From Euprymna scolopes (lineage: Eukaryota), in the NCBI GenBank assembly GCA_053919585.1, contig CM132816.1: a stretch of DNA of 64,000 nucleotides; one strand, given 5' to 3'. The stretch's first letter is position 1. Each line of letters opens with the position of its first letter. Below are positions 1 through 12,906 of this stretch, one piece after another. Position numbers and translations under genes: made by a program. The notes below the pieces were generated by a model. It was not told where the DNA came from. It ran no database searches and was given only the letters and a program-made list of their open reading frames with translations.

Positions 1-254
1 TGGTTGAACTCTGTAGATGCTAGACATTCTTCTGCTCTAATATTTTCTTTTGTTGAAATCTTAAATTTTGGAATTCCCTCTCTGACTGGAATTCCTTCGC
101 TGATTGGACTAACCTGCAGAAGTTTAAGCGTAACGTGAACAGACATCTCGCTGCTCATATAATCCACGTCCCATCGTTAGCATGTTTCTTAGTAGCCCCT
201 TACGTTCTAAGTCTGCCAGACAAGTGACTTGTATGGCGCGAAACAAAAAAAAAA
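1..254 (+). mobile_element. CR1/L2-group LINE 3' end fragment (degenerate)
   Basis: Translates to ...FWNSL...NLQKFKRNVNRHL, matching the C-terminus of the 47807-49345 RT (LWNSLP...MQKFKCNVNKHL). Shares the 3'UTR motif TAGTAGCCCC and ends in an A-run. Confidence 0.75.
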
Positions 255-926
255 GATTCAAAAATAAGAAAACGTGCAATAGCATTTAACAAACAAAAAC
301 CCAATGACAAATAGAATCATGAAAAAATATAAGAAATACGTAATAAAAAAGAAAAAGAAAACCAAAAATGGAAAAGAAAGAGAAAAGTACAACAAATGTT
401 TAACAAATAAATATAACAATAAATGAAATACAAGAAAAAAAAGGCTATAGGAAGGAAGAAAAAAAAGAATAAAAAAAGAAAGTTAGCAATAACGTAAATA
501 CAATCCACACAAAATGGCTGACGAGTTTTTATTTTTTTATTTTTTTTTGTTGGTCGCTATGATAACAGCTGTCACCTCGACTCACCAAGCAATCAAACCA
601 GTTTCGTATAGTATTGCTTGACTGAATTGTCGTGTACCATTCCACCGTTTTTTTATGTATCTGTTGGGGGATTTATACATGAGTAGCCATGCGTCATCAT
701 AAAATTCACTAATAACTTTACAATTTATTTTTTACCTGAAAAATACTTAGCGTCGTCTGGTCAACAAAAATTAAAAAAAAAACGCTTAAGTATATTTTAT
801 TTTATGTATACTTACTATCTATTGCTATACAAACAATTACCTATTAATTACTGTATTTCACCTATTATATAGTAGCCATTTCTCCAGCTAAGCTCCATCC
901 CCGACAAAAAACGCTTAGAAAAAAAA

Positions 927-1035
927 TCTCACTCTTTCACTAAATGCCAGAAAGCTTTCTATTCTAATAGTTTCCTCTTCGAACAACTAGACTTTGGAAT
1001 TCCCTTTCTGCTACCTGCTTCCCGGGCTGGCTGAA
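927..1035 (+). mobile_element. CR1/L2-group LINE C-terminal fragment
   Basis: Reads SHSFTKCQKAFYSNSF...LWNSLSATCFP versus SHPFTVEIPRCKKAFYSNSFF...LWNSLPGFCFP in the intact copy. Confidence 0.7.
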
Positions 1036-2377
1036 TTCTCATTTACATTTACTTTGATTTAGATGCAGATAACCAAACATTTTATTAAAACAGGGTAAAG
1101 TAGAGGGAAAAGGAGAAAGAAAAATAAACGTTACTACGGGAAACTGGTATCGCAAAGGGGAGACGTAAAAACAAACCAGACCTAGGAAGATAACTTTAAA
1201 AAAAAAGAGTTCGCATCTTTTTATTCTTTTCTGCTCACTTTCGAGTTTTCTCCGGTCCTGTCGGTCATAAATTTGTTTCTCAAGCATGTTTGGTTGAGAG
1301 CTTATTTTTCTGTCGATGTGGTTTTACTGCTAATGACGAATGGGTCGATTATGCATTATTATGGGGAATATTGTTTCATACTTATATTAATTTTAATGAT
1401 AAGTTGAATTTTCTTTAAAATGTCGGCGATTGCAAGACTGGAAAATATGTTTAAACATTTATTAATCTTGAAAATATAAATATAATTTATAATGTGTTTA
1501 GTGAATACAAAAGATAAAAATAAATCTGAGTTTATTCTCATTATAATTTTTTCTAAACTTATTGGTCGTTCATAATTGTCATTATAAAACGGATGTTTAA
1601 ATTTAATAAAAACAAATACATTTTAATAGGAAACTGAAAAAAAATAAAGATATGCCTATTCTAATCACGGAATATACTGAGCGACTTATACATACTTATT
1701 TATTTGCGAGTTCTAATCATATCTGTGCTTTTGTTTATCGGTATTTTGTTACTAGGATAAAAAAAAACAATACAAAACACGGAAATATTATAATTTACAG
1801 TCATTTTGATTTTCAAATACATGGAAAGCAAAACTGCATGGCGGTCATGTAAAACATATGTCATAAATGAGGTTTTGCTTAATAACTGAAACTCATTATG
1901 ACGGTAAAGGGCTGCACTTGCATTGCCGCTATGATAGAAAGATAAATTTCCATTAAACAAATGGGATGGAGACAGTAAGCGGTTATAAAGATACGGTAGA
2001 TTATTCAAAGTTTTCAAAGAGAAATCAAATGAAAAATATTTGGGCAGTTTGCGTAATAATCTATTAAACGAGAAAATATAGATATTACGTTATGACTGAT
2101 AAAATGATGAGAGCGAATCAAAGGTTGATGTAAGAGATTATGAAGAAAACTGCGAGAAAAAAGACACGTAAAAATATATTCGTATAAATCTATATTGGAA
2201 TACAATTTAAAGTATATATGTGTAATGTCTTATGAAGACTGTCAGGAAGCAATAAACTGACTTTATTACTAAAATAAAAATATCCCGTTTCAGTTTGGTG
2301 AATTTACAGGCTCAGGACGAATAAACATTACAGTCTATTCAAAGACTTATTTGATCATACAATGATGTAACTGATTA

Positions 2378-2660
2378 TGTAAAATATTGTTGGCTGTATT
2401 CTTGTATATTGTAAAATATTGTTGACTGTATTCTTGTATATTGTAAAATATTGTTGACTGTATTCTTGTATATTGTAAAATATTGTTGACTGTATTCTTG
2501 TATATTGTAAAATATTGTTAACGGTATTCTTGTATATTGTAAACTATTGTTGACTGTATTCTTGTATATTGTAAAATATTGTTAACGGTATTCTTGTATA
2601 TTGTAAAATATTGTTGACTGTATTCTTGTATATTGTAAAATATTGTTAACGGTATTCTTG
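2378..2660. repeat. 32-bp minisatellite (~9 copies)
   Basis: Unit GTAAAATATTGTTGACTGTATTCTTGTATATT at 2379, 2411, 2443 and onward, with a variant GTTAACGGTA in some copies. Confidence 0.95.
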
Positions 2661-4294
2661 CAAACCAGGCTGAATTATATCAACACGGATTCTATAAAAT
2701 TTCCGAAAAAGAAAAAGAAAGTATTTCCCCTTTCAATGTATTGCATTTATATACGTAGAAACATACGTTGTAATTCTGTAATTTTTATAAAAAAAATGAT
2801 AATAAAAAGGATTTCTGACGAGCAAAAGAAAAGTATAAAAAGACGTTTTTATTTGGATTTAATTATTTATGTTTTATTTGCATGCCCTTTTGAGATGTTC
2901 TATTTTATTTTTATTACGTTAGTAAGGCTTTATCATTTTTTTTTCGAATGGACAGCATGTAACATAGTGAGTATAGCGCGCGTGTGAGAAACTCCACAAC
3001 AGTCATAGAGTAGCGAAAACATTAGCAGCAGCAGTCTTAGCATTTTGTGAAAATTAGTCACGTGTGCACTCGCTAATGCCACGGGAAAAAGAAAAAGAGA
3101 AAAAAGACAGTACGAAGACGTGCATAAAAAAGAAAAAAATCTGCGTGTCTGAAGTCGAAGGAAAGAGCGCACTGGCTATTGCCGGCATCAGATAGCGGAG
3201 AGAGAGACTTTAGCAAAGCACATGTTAATAGCAGAATGTTCTAAAACACATGGATGTGCGCAAATACTTTTAGAAAAAAATAATGAAATGCATTTTTTCT
3301 GGAAGAACTACGATTAAATGCATTTCATTTGAACTTAAAAAGGCCGAGTCGGCTTTTTATTTCTTTCCTTTGTTGTTTGTACCTTAGCGACGAAGTGCCA
3401 GACAACGTGGTAGATATGTTAGTGATTACATATGAAGTAAGACGTTATGTTATCGGCATAATAATATATACGCTTATCTATTTGTTTTCTATTAGCGTAA
3501 ATCAGAAGACGAGGAGAATAAAGCTGTGTCTATATGTGTGTATGTAACGTTTAGTAAGTGTGTGTATGTGTATTACCGTGTGTAAGTGACTGCAATGAAA
3601 TGAGAGCGTGTGATGTTAACTCAGGCTTTTATCTTTTTTGACTTAACTGTTTATTGAATAAAACGTTTGGCCTTATATAGGGTCGATGTAAATCCCAAAG
3701 AGCCATTTAGAATAAATTCAGAAAATCTCCTGATTGGTCCCAAATTTGTTTTTTGTTTTTGTTTGTTCAAGCCAGTGTATGTGCAAAAAGACCTGCGCCA
3801 AAAAAAATAAATAAATAAATAAATAAATAAAATAAAGGAACCCCCCCCCCAAAAAAAAACAATATTTTAATGTTTTTCATTTTGACACCTCAGAGTAAAC
3901 TTTGTCCACACTAAACACGTAGGACATCTAAAACGTACGCGAGTACATGAACGTATTTTCGCAAATATAAACAATTTTTCGCGTCTATTAGTCATGAAAT
4001 GAATCATGGAATTATACTTTGAGAAAGTGTATATGAATTATGGTTAGACGCAGCTATGAATATTTGTTATTTCTTTTATTTGTGTTTTATGTGTGTTTCG
4101 GTTGATTTAGCTTTAAAATTTTTTTTTTTTACATTTATTAATGCCTTTTGGTACACTTTCGTTATGGCTCCTCGCTTCTTCTTGCACTTCGTGACCGCAC
4201 CTAATATGAAATGATGCGTCGAGCTATCGGTGAATCGTAAACAAGAATCAACACGAGACTATCTGCAAAAGAGAATAGAAATATAACAAATATG

Positions 4295-4366
<72 letters not shown>

Positions 4367-4479
4367 TGTTCTTTTTCTCTTTCTTACACCATTCTTTCTT
4401 TCTTTTATTTCCCCTTTCCTTCTGTCAATAGGCTCTTTCTCTTTTAGAATCTTTTTTTCTCTTACAATGATAACGTCCT

Positions 4480-4590
4480 GTATTTTTTAGTTGTGATGAC
4501 TAGTCTTATTGGAGGACTTCGAACAACTGTTCCTATCTTGAGTTATTTTCACAATGTTTCGGCTTATGTAACCTCGGACTTTGTCTATAT
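4480..4590 (-). mobile_element. Penelope-like pLTR remnant with decayed HHR
   Basis: Minus strand reads ...AGCCGAAACATTGTGAAAATAACTCAAGATAGGAAC..., similar to the HHR-bearing ends at 7481-7525 and 51158-51240. Confidence 0.4.
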
Positions 4591-6244
4591 TTATTTTCTC
4601 AAACCCGAAACGCTTCCTGATTAACTTTAAAATATTTCTGTCGGATTTGAGATTCTTTTTTCCAGGCTTAGAAATCGTTTTGCCGAACTCGGGCATCTGT
4701 CTGTAGCGCAATGGATAAAGTACTGGTAATAAATCATTAGTGCATTTTTACATTATTTTTATGGGGTTTAAAGTTCAATCCTTAGTACGGGCGAAACTCA
4801 AAAGACAATTGCAAATTTCTTAGACATCTGTCCAGTTATGGCTGACAGAAAGAGAACATGTTACCTCCATTGGTTTATTAAAGGTTTATTAAATAGTTCC
4901 AACTAAAATCCAGGGCGGGTCTGCATGTTAGACAAGATTCCGCTAAAAAAAAGTACGAGGTAAACATTAAGGGAAATGTTGTGCAAATAACTTTTAATAT
5001 GAGAAGAGTAATTTTTGTTAAACAAGTTCAAGTAATTAAATTCAAATAATTATTAGTGTTTTATTGAACTACAAGCATAAAAATAAACCCTCCTTAAATT
5101 GATCATAAATTAACTACAAATCGGCTTCAATCTATGCCTGAGTTACTAACTCATGTATTCGATTTAATTAAAAAAAATCATACTTCAATTGGCATTTAGA
5201 GAAGAGATGATATAGATTTACCAGAAGGTGCCATACCTCCAGACCCTTTCTTAATTTAGATTGAATTGTTGTGTCGTTGGTGTATTTATTTCCTCACATG
5301 CAAGTCTATTCCAAGATCCATCGAATTTGACTGTTATAGCAACCTCTTTCAATTCTATAAAAATCAAGAATTAATTAGATTTTGTGTAGTGCGAACATAG
5401 CCAACATTTTAATACATGGGTAATATCTGAATGACCATTACTGTTATTAGCAGAAATGAGATCACCGTAAACACGTTGACGCTCAGTTGAGAAATGGTTA
5501 TGCTCGTTGAGTCAGCTTTCATAATGGAAAATCCAATAGATTGTGCACCAGTCTTTGTAGTCTCTCCAGATGCTGGATATCACGAATTAAATATGGGAAA
5601 GAGTCCCGCAGACAATACTCTTAGAGTGCGTTGACGAGGAAAACAGAATGGAAGAATTATTTAAGGGGGGAATGAAGGAAGGATTTCTTCTGAGGAATAC
5701 ATGAATATTTCTTGTCTTGTTGGAAGCCTTAATGCGATATTTAGATAGCTTGGAAGTAGAATGCCAAGATTTCTTTCCTCGTTCACCATTTTGAGCATAA
5801 CTCTGTTGTCACCGAAAATAAGTCGAGTCAAAAAGATCAACTACTGTAGTATGACATCATTTATCTGTTTTAATCCATTGGACCATTTCCAGACATGTGA
5901 AAGACTTAATTTCGCTGGAAAACATAAAACGTTTCTTGCCGTTTATTTATACGCCCACCTGGACATATCAAATTGTTAACAATTGTAAAAGCATTCAATA
6001 TGACAACAGTATGGGGTGTTATCGTTTGAGATATGCGTATAATGTTTGATGATATGAATATCTGCATTAATACATTATGCAGTGTAATTACATAATACAT
6101 ATGAATATCTGCATTAATACATTATGTAATTACATAATCAGTACATCTTCGACCTAATATCTAAATAAGCAAGACAGAGTTTTTATTATTCTGGGTAAAA
6201 CCACATTTCTCAATTTAATTTATAAGACCCAATCGCAACTGGCA

Positions 6245-7560
6245 ATAAGATAACCCCCACTAAACCAACACTGTTTTTTACGATATGTGGATGATACTTT
6301 CATACTCTGACCTGACCAGGAGGATGTCCAAGTACTATTCGAACCTGTGAACTCCATCGACCCATCCATTCAGTTCACCATGGAAAAGAAACGTGACACC
6401 AAACTATCCTTCCTAAATGTATTGATAACCAGCACTGATCAGAGTTTCGTGGCATCTGTATACCGAAAGCCAACCTTTACAGGGCAATACCTTAACTTTA
6501 ACTCACACCACCCACAGGCTGTGAAGAAAGGTATAATTCAATGCCTACAACATAGGACGTGGACAATATGTAATTGCAACACTACATATCAGGAGGAGAT
6601 AGTTAGTCTAAGAACAACCCTCCATCGAAACAACTACCCAAAGAGCATGACATCAGCCCCAGAAAATCCAGGCCAAACATCAGGAGACACAACCCAAAAA
6701 CCCACCACGGTTTGCACACAATTCCCAAAGGGCTTATCCGAAAATAATTTAAACATATGCAGTGGATACGATATTAGGATAGTGTTTAAGAGCACCACGA
6801 CACTCCAGAAAGTTCTGATGCATGAAAACCTCTCGACTGAAAAACTCAAGACAAAAACTTCGTTTATGACATTTCATGTAAATGTGGAAAACTTTACAAA
6901 GGTGAAACATGCCGCTCCCTCAAAGTAAGACTAGAAAAATACTAAAAAGCTGTCATACGCGGAGAAATCGAAAAATACTGTGAATTTTGAATATTCATTA
7001 CTTCTAAGATTAACGTATATATGAAATGATCTAATTAAATTATTCTAGTTACTCGGAAATTATCATTATTAGAACCAGCCACTGACCTTTCCTAACCATT
7101 TGAATGTTTTTTTATTATTCCCACGAGAGAATTGAAACAAAAATACCAGATTTGAATATAAGAATCTTTTTTACAAAGTGAATATTTCTTCAATTTACAT
7201 TGAGAATTCCTGTCTGTAACATTTTATTTAATATTCCACATATTATTTAAGCGTAAAATGGTATTTATATTTAGGGCGTAAATCACCTGATCGAATTTAG
7301 TCGATGGCGAAGGTTAAAACCTCTCAGATGCAGTATATTGAAGCTGAAACGGGAAATTGGCACTTTCTATGATTAAAATACTGGATACTGAAGAAATATG
7401 GCTGATCAGAAAACCTAAAGAGGCAGCTCATATGATAGAGACTAATAACATCAGTAGCCGTCCTAGCATAGACCTTTTCAACACCCGAAGAAGGTCGCAA
7501 ATTGCAGGGACCGAAACGTTGTGCTAATAATGATAGTCCGATTCATCAACGTAACACAAG
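6245..7560 (+). mobile_element. Penelope-like element (RT C-terminus + GIY-YIG endonuclease + HHR tail), decayed
   Basis: LRYVDDTF at ~6280. ORF 6347-6928 contains IQFTMEK..LSFLNV..VYRKPTFTGQYLNFNSHHP. After a frameshift it reads ISCKCGKLYKGETCRSLKVRL (GIY-YIG type), then KILDTEEIWLIRKPKEA at ~7375-7425. Confidence 0.9.
7481..7524 (+). ncRNA. Minimal hammerhead ribozyme motif of PLE pLTR (variant core)
   Basis: CAC-CCGAAGA-AGGTC...GACC-GAAAC-GTT-GTG. Stem I cac/gtg, stem II ggtc/gacc, loopless palindromic stem III AACGTT. Core is CCGANGA rather than CUGANGA. Confidence 0.65.
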
Positions 7561-8471
7561 CAGTTTTTATACTTTTTTTATTATTTGATATTTTCATTTT
7601 TCAAATTATTAAAGCGTTTCAGATTATCTTTTTCTGCCTTTCGCAGTGTTCTCCGTAGAACATTTGTAAAAAAGTATGTTTTCACTCAACCGTTCTGTAA
7701 ATAAATGATTTGCTCAAGCAGTGAGAAAAGGCTATGCGCCTTAGAACGGTCTCAAAGTTGAGTGTATTTTATCCCTCGCCTGGCTTATTGGGGCCAGTTC
7801 AGGGGTATTAAGTGTTGTCGGTATTGTTCACTTTCTATTTTTTCTGCTAATTTATTTTCCTTCTTACAAGTATGTATGTTTGGGGTGAATTGGTACTTAG
7901 TCTCATAAGTGTGTTTGTGTTCGTTTGACCGCGTGTTTCTGTATTGGCCTGTGAAATTTAAGTTATATCTCATAGTTTGATTAGTTACGGTATCTAATTT
8001 TTGGTAGGGAAAGTGTTATTTAATTTTGAGTTTTAGATTCTAATTTCTTTCTATTGTGATAATTAAACTAATCATACGACTAATTTTAATATTCAAGATA
8101 CAGTTATTCATTTGTTGGCTTTAAGTTACAATTTTCTAGATCGTTCTCGGTTCATGCTTCTCTATTTATGTAAGAGCATAGATCAATAACAATCCAGAAC
8201 ATCGTAATATCTTTATTCGTATCATATGTATTGACTAAAAGCATGTGTTGATAACAAACATTTATTGATAAAAAAGGATCGATATTCATAAAGATCGGGT
8301 ATTGCTTTATGTTCTCGTTCTCTCCCGATGATGGAAGAACCAGATACACTGGCGCTTGTGAATGTGAGGAAAATGCAGCTCTTCAAAATAAGGCATAAAC
8401 ATAAAAATGTCTCAGTCATTGAGAATTTCTCCTCCACTGATTGAAGACAGAAAAAGTGAAGTGTATGCGCA

Positions 8472-8524
8472 TAAGCCTGAGGAATCCTAGAGTGGATGAA
8501 ACGCCGAATATTCAGTGTAGCTTA
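8472..8524 (+). ncRNA. Type I hammerhead ribozyme
   Basis: TAAGC-CTGAGGA-ATCC tagagt GGAT-GAAAC-GCCGAATATTCAGT-GTA/GCTTA. Stem I taagc/gctta, stem II atcc/ggat, near-palindromic stem III centred on GAATATTC, GUA cleavage site after 8519. Confidence 0.85.
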
Positions 8525-8547
8525 ATCGCCATATATATTTTATAAAT

Positions 8548-8618
<71 letters not shown>

Positions 8619-8629
8619 CAAAATCCAGA

Positions 8630-8882
8630 AAACTAAGGTTGGATTGATAGCAACAAGTACAGTAATTTCATTCTTCGTTGCAAATGTGTCGCGATCATTC
8701 GGACAATTTAAAAATTTTATCGTTTGGAGATATTCACAAGAACTTCTCAACGTCTGAACAGAGGTCATTATTGTGAATATTTTCAGACGATATAACGTTT
8801 GAAATTGTCCGAATATTCGCGGAACATTCGTAACGAACAATGAAAATACACTACCTGTTGCTATCAATCCAACCTTTGTTGT
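8630..8882. mobile_element. Fold-back/MITE-like imperfect palindrome
   Basis: Arm AAGGTTGGATTGATAGCAACA...TTCGGACAATTT...ATATTCACAA pairs with TTGTGAATAT...AAATTGTCCGAA...TGTTGCTATCAATCCAACCTT. Confidence 0.75.
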
Positions 8883-9042
8883 CTTCATTATGTGAAAATG
8901 ATATATGGAATGCTCGATTACAAAGATGGTAATCTTGAAGCTTACAAATTAAGTCATTTTATACTGACTTAAAATTATTGGTATATGAACGATTACCGAA
9001 TTCTCAATTATATCAAAATAAAATCCGGAATATATATATATG

Positions 9043-10028
9043 CAGTATAACTGCTATAATTTGAACATCCGCTTCGTTCAAATTAGAGGATACTGTTACA
9101 GTTTCGTGAAAAAAAATGTGCTACAGTTAACTTCAATTTTCTAAGAATTAAGAAATAGTAAATGAAATTCATTGCTATATGATACTTCAAGTATATATTA
9201 AGTTGAGTTTACGATATATTGCAAGTAAGAATTGTTTAATATTATTACCAGGAACAAAAACAAAAAAAAATAAATTAAATCTACTCTTACTTGTTAGGTA
9301 TTTATTACCTAAGTTATCATCTACAGAAATCATACATTTATGTAAAATACAGTGTTTTTAGTTATTCAATGAATGAATCTCATTGCAGTTTCGATTTTCA
9401 TCAATTGAGCTCTCGGGCGCTGCCATTGTATTCCGTAAGCGATCACGAAAATCTACAATTTCTTGGTTCTGTAGCTTCTTTATGATTATAACTCTTCGGA
9501 GTGATATTGCTTCATCAGAGTGTTCTTAGTTATTTACACGAGGGTCAAAAGAATGGAAACTGTCGCTATTTTCATCACCAGTACTTCCTTCAGGATATTG
9601 ATCAGTAGTTTCCTCATCATGTTGCACCCACATTTCAACGTCATTTGCATTAAGTGATTTAAGAACAGCGTGGTTGGTCGGTAACCGTTTGGTTTCAGCA
9701 ATTTTTTCTAGACCAGTTGCAAGCAATTGTGATGGGTTGTTTTACACTATTTTAAATATAGCAATCTGAAAAAAAAATTACAGTTAGTGTAAATTAATTA
9801 TCAATAGCTAATGTACATTAATTGCATAGTGCCAATATTAGCATTTCTGCGCAATATCTGACTAAACCAAGTAAAGAGTTTTACTGCAACTCCGCATCAA
9901 ATATGCTAATACAATTTCAATGACGAGACAATTAAAGTTTGGAGAAAGCCCAGGTTTAGAAGAAGTCCAAATGAGAGGAAGTTTAAATGAGAGGAAATCC
10001 AATTTTAGTGGAAGTTTAAATTGAAAGA

Positions 10029-10035
<7 letters not shown>
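9043..10035. mobile_element. Possible decayed pogo/Tigger-type DNA transposon
   Basis: Left end CAGTATAACTGCTATAATTTGAAC and right end rc TATAAAACTCTTTCAATTTAAAC, both beside TA runs. Internal acidic ORF remnant DVEMWVQHDEET on the minus strand. Confidence 0.35.
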
Positions 10036-10085
<50 letters not shown>

Positions 10086-10354
10086 GCTGTTGCGTTCATA
10101 TATATGTAGTTTACAAGCACAATTTAGGAACGGCTAGATTGATTACATAGCTCATGTTTAATAGGAAGGTGTTATCTCTTCGCATATTGTGTTTCTAGAA
10201 TTCCAAAGCTATATTTTTGTTTTCTTTGCAGAATATCATTGTATATTAATTAACATTCTTAGCTATTTTCGATCAGCCGATCATTCCTATACATCTACAA
10301 TATACTTTCCTTTCCTACCATCTCTTCCTATGTCTTTTCCCCTCTCTTTATATA

Positions 10355-10413
<59 letters not shown>

Positions 10414-10489
10414 CAAATTCGTTTTTGAACATTGCCATTACTTGATATAGCACACAAAAAATATACCGAAATACGGAAACAAATCAATG

Positions 10490-11155
10490 ATGGACCGCAC
10501 GAAGGTGGCATTTAACCTCTGCCAAACTCTGACATTCTTTGGCACACATTGTGCAGGCATGTGCGGTCACTTCTATGTATAATCAAATGTCGTTTAAACC
10601 ACCTACTGTTTTGTACGTCCGCCCGCAGTTGACACAGGTTAGATCTGGCAACACTAGACTGCTTTGTGACCCACTACACTGATGAGCAGTCTGGTGGCTT
10701 ATCAGCCCAGCTCTGCTGAGACATAAACTTCCACCTCCACCCATCAACTGCTCCTTTCACCCACCTTCCCGGATATAACGTTTCAGCCGCTCATACTGGG
10801 TTCGATCTGCCTCAAACTTGCCCAAACCTCCCCGCAAGGTCCTTCTCCCCTCCCCACGGTCCTAAACAAGACTCTCCCGGGATCTTTCAGCTATCTCAGA
10901 TATTTTTAAGCTTGACCTCAAACAATCTTTGAATCTCATTTTTGGCTTTTGAGCCAGACGTCTTCCCTCGGCGAGCTCGCCATAAAGGAGTTGCTGGGAA
11001 GTTGGCTGCCCAACATCCTCAGCACATGTCCACTCCATCTCAGTCTATGTTTGATAATATGAGCTTCAATGCTTAGACATTGGGTCCGTTCAAGCACCTG
11101 CACATCACTGACATACATTTGCAAAACCACACCTTAGATTCACCGCAGACGCTTC
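10490..11155 (-). mobile_element. RTE-clade LINE 3' fragment
   Basis: VLERTQCLSIEAHIIKHRLRWSGHVLRM...LP, then C-terminal zinc-finger-like CVNCGRTYKTVGGL and CTMCAKECQSLAEVKCHLR. Frameshifted. Confidence 0.8.
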
Positions 11156-11161
11156 TGGTGA

Positions 11162-11164
<3 letters not shown>

Positions 11165-11222
<58 letters not shown>

Positions 11223-12014
11223 ACGTGTCTGTGTATCTATGTGTCTGTGTGCGTCTGTGTATATAACTACGTAATAACTCTGTCAATTTAGGAAAATCTA
11301 TGTGATCTGTTTTTGGCCAGAGATTTTGCGATTAAGGGGTCAAAGTTCAACGATTTGACGTTTGAGAACTCTACCAAACTCATCCGACAATTTTGATATA
11401 GGTTCCTTGGACATGGATCTAACTTAATCACTTGATTTGAGCCCAAAACACTAAATTTTAAGGAGTCATAATAAGGGTCAAAGTTTAAAAAAAATGACCT
11501 CTGCGGTCTGTTCCAAATTACTCAGACAATTTCTGGTCTAAGTATTTGAAATTTTACATAAAATGTATTCAGAGATAGGGCAAGCTTTTACATCAGTTTG
11601 GGTCGAACATTTTTAGTTACCAATATATAAATGTATGTATGTATGTTTGTTTACATGTCTGACTTGAACTTTCAATAGAGACGACGGATTTTACCAAGAT
11701 CAGTATCGTTTTAAAGTTCGACCTTTCATACGACAAATATCGATAAATTGGCAAAAAACATTATTATCTTCCCTTTCAACTAAGCACTTTTCTACAGGGG
11801 GGGGGGGTTCGACGATATTTTTGAGATTGTCTACCCTTAATTTAAAAAAAATATCGCTTCCGGTTTGGCGGTGGTCGTAGCAGAATATACGTTAGGTTTT
11901 ACCCCGTTCTTTTCCTCCTTTGCGGTATGGGTTCGAGCCTGCCTTCTTACTACCACTGGTTTTTTGCTAAACACACACATCCAAACACCCGGGCAACGCC
12001 GGGCTGAAATGCTA

Positions 12015-12015
<1 letters not shown>
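11165..12015 (+). mobile_element. Non-autonomous Helitron (family A, with internal extra segment)
   Basis: Body homologous to 60457-60881. 3' hairpin CCCGGGCAACGCCGGG followed by CTAG|T. Confidence 0.8.
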
Positions 12016-12059
<44 letters not shown>

Positions 12060-12467
12060 TGAACGCGTCTGTCTGTGTGTGTTGGTGTACATTTTCTTAC
12101 GCAATAACTCTTACAATTTTAAGGGTACTGACTCAAAATTTGATATACAGGGTACTGAGATTTGGGAAAATCGATGTGATCGGTTTTCGGCCGGAAATTT
12201 GGGTGTTAAGAGGTCAAAGTTCAACGATTTGACCTTTGAGAACTCTACCAAACTCCTACGAAAATTTTGGGTCGTAACACTTGAAATTTTAGATATAGGT
12301 TTCTTGGGGATGTATCTAACTTAATAACTTTAGTTGAGCCCAAAACAATAAATTTTAAGGGGTCATAATAGGGGTCAAAGTTTAAAAAAAATTACCGTGT
12401 TTTTTGTTTATTTGTTTGGCTCAGCATACACCTCCAAACACGCGGGCAAGGTCAGGAACCCATGCTA

Positions 12468-12468
<1 letters not shown>
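12016..12468 (+). mobile_element. Non-autonomous Helitron (family A), tandem with previous copy
   Basis: Same body (GGTCAAAGTTCAACGATTTGACC...CCCAAAACAATAAATTTTAAGGGGTC), degenerate hairpin, CTAG|T end. Confidence 0.8.
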
Positions 12469-12544
<76 letters not shown>

Positions 12545-12692
12545 AATAAAATTATCAAACACTCAATGGTATGGAAACATGTAATCATACGTTTTACAAG
12601 ATAATAATCAATAAGTAGTAACCCATTGAGAATTGCTCGATAGTTAAACATTTCACATCATAAATTTTTAAATTCATTGAATGACGAAAAGT

Positions 12693-12765
<73 letters not shown>

Positions 12766-12906
12766 TTTTTGTTATTTGGAGATAAACGTAATTGTCGTTG
12801 TCGATTATTAAAGCAATTTCGAAAAGCAAGAACGCAATTGTACTCACATATTCAGATTTGATATGTGTCGGTTTGGTTTCTTCATTTTGCTTTATGGCAT
12901 ATCAAC

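Noticed and set aside
2378-2660. 32-bp repeats of CRISPR-like length
   Set aside because: Head-to-tail with no unique spacers, no cas genes, eukaryotic context. It is a minisatellite.
4700-5960. Possible PLE coding remnant on the minus strand
   Set aside because: Only vague GIY-YIG-like words (HVLKCWLC); no diagnostic motif could be read.
10678-10728. CTGATGA-GCAG...CTGC hammerhead-like motif
   Set aside because: Followed by TGAGAC rather than GAAA, no stem I/III, and it lies antisense within an RTE coding remnant.
10189-12651. ORFs containing IYIYIY runs (also many elsewhere, and poly-X ORFs across gaps)
   Set aside because: Artefacts of (AT)n microsatellites and N-runs lacking stop codons.
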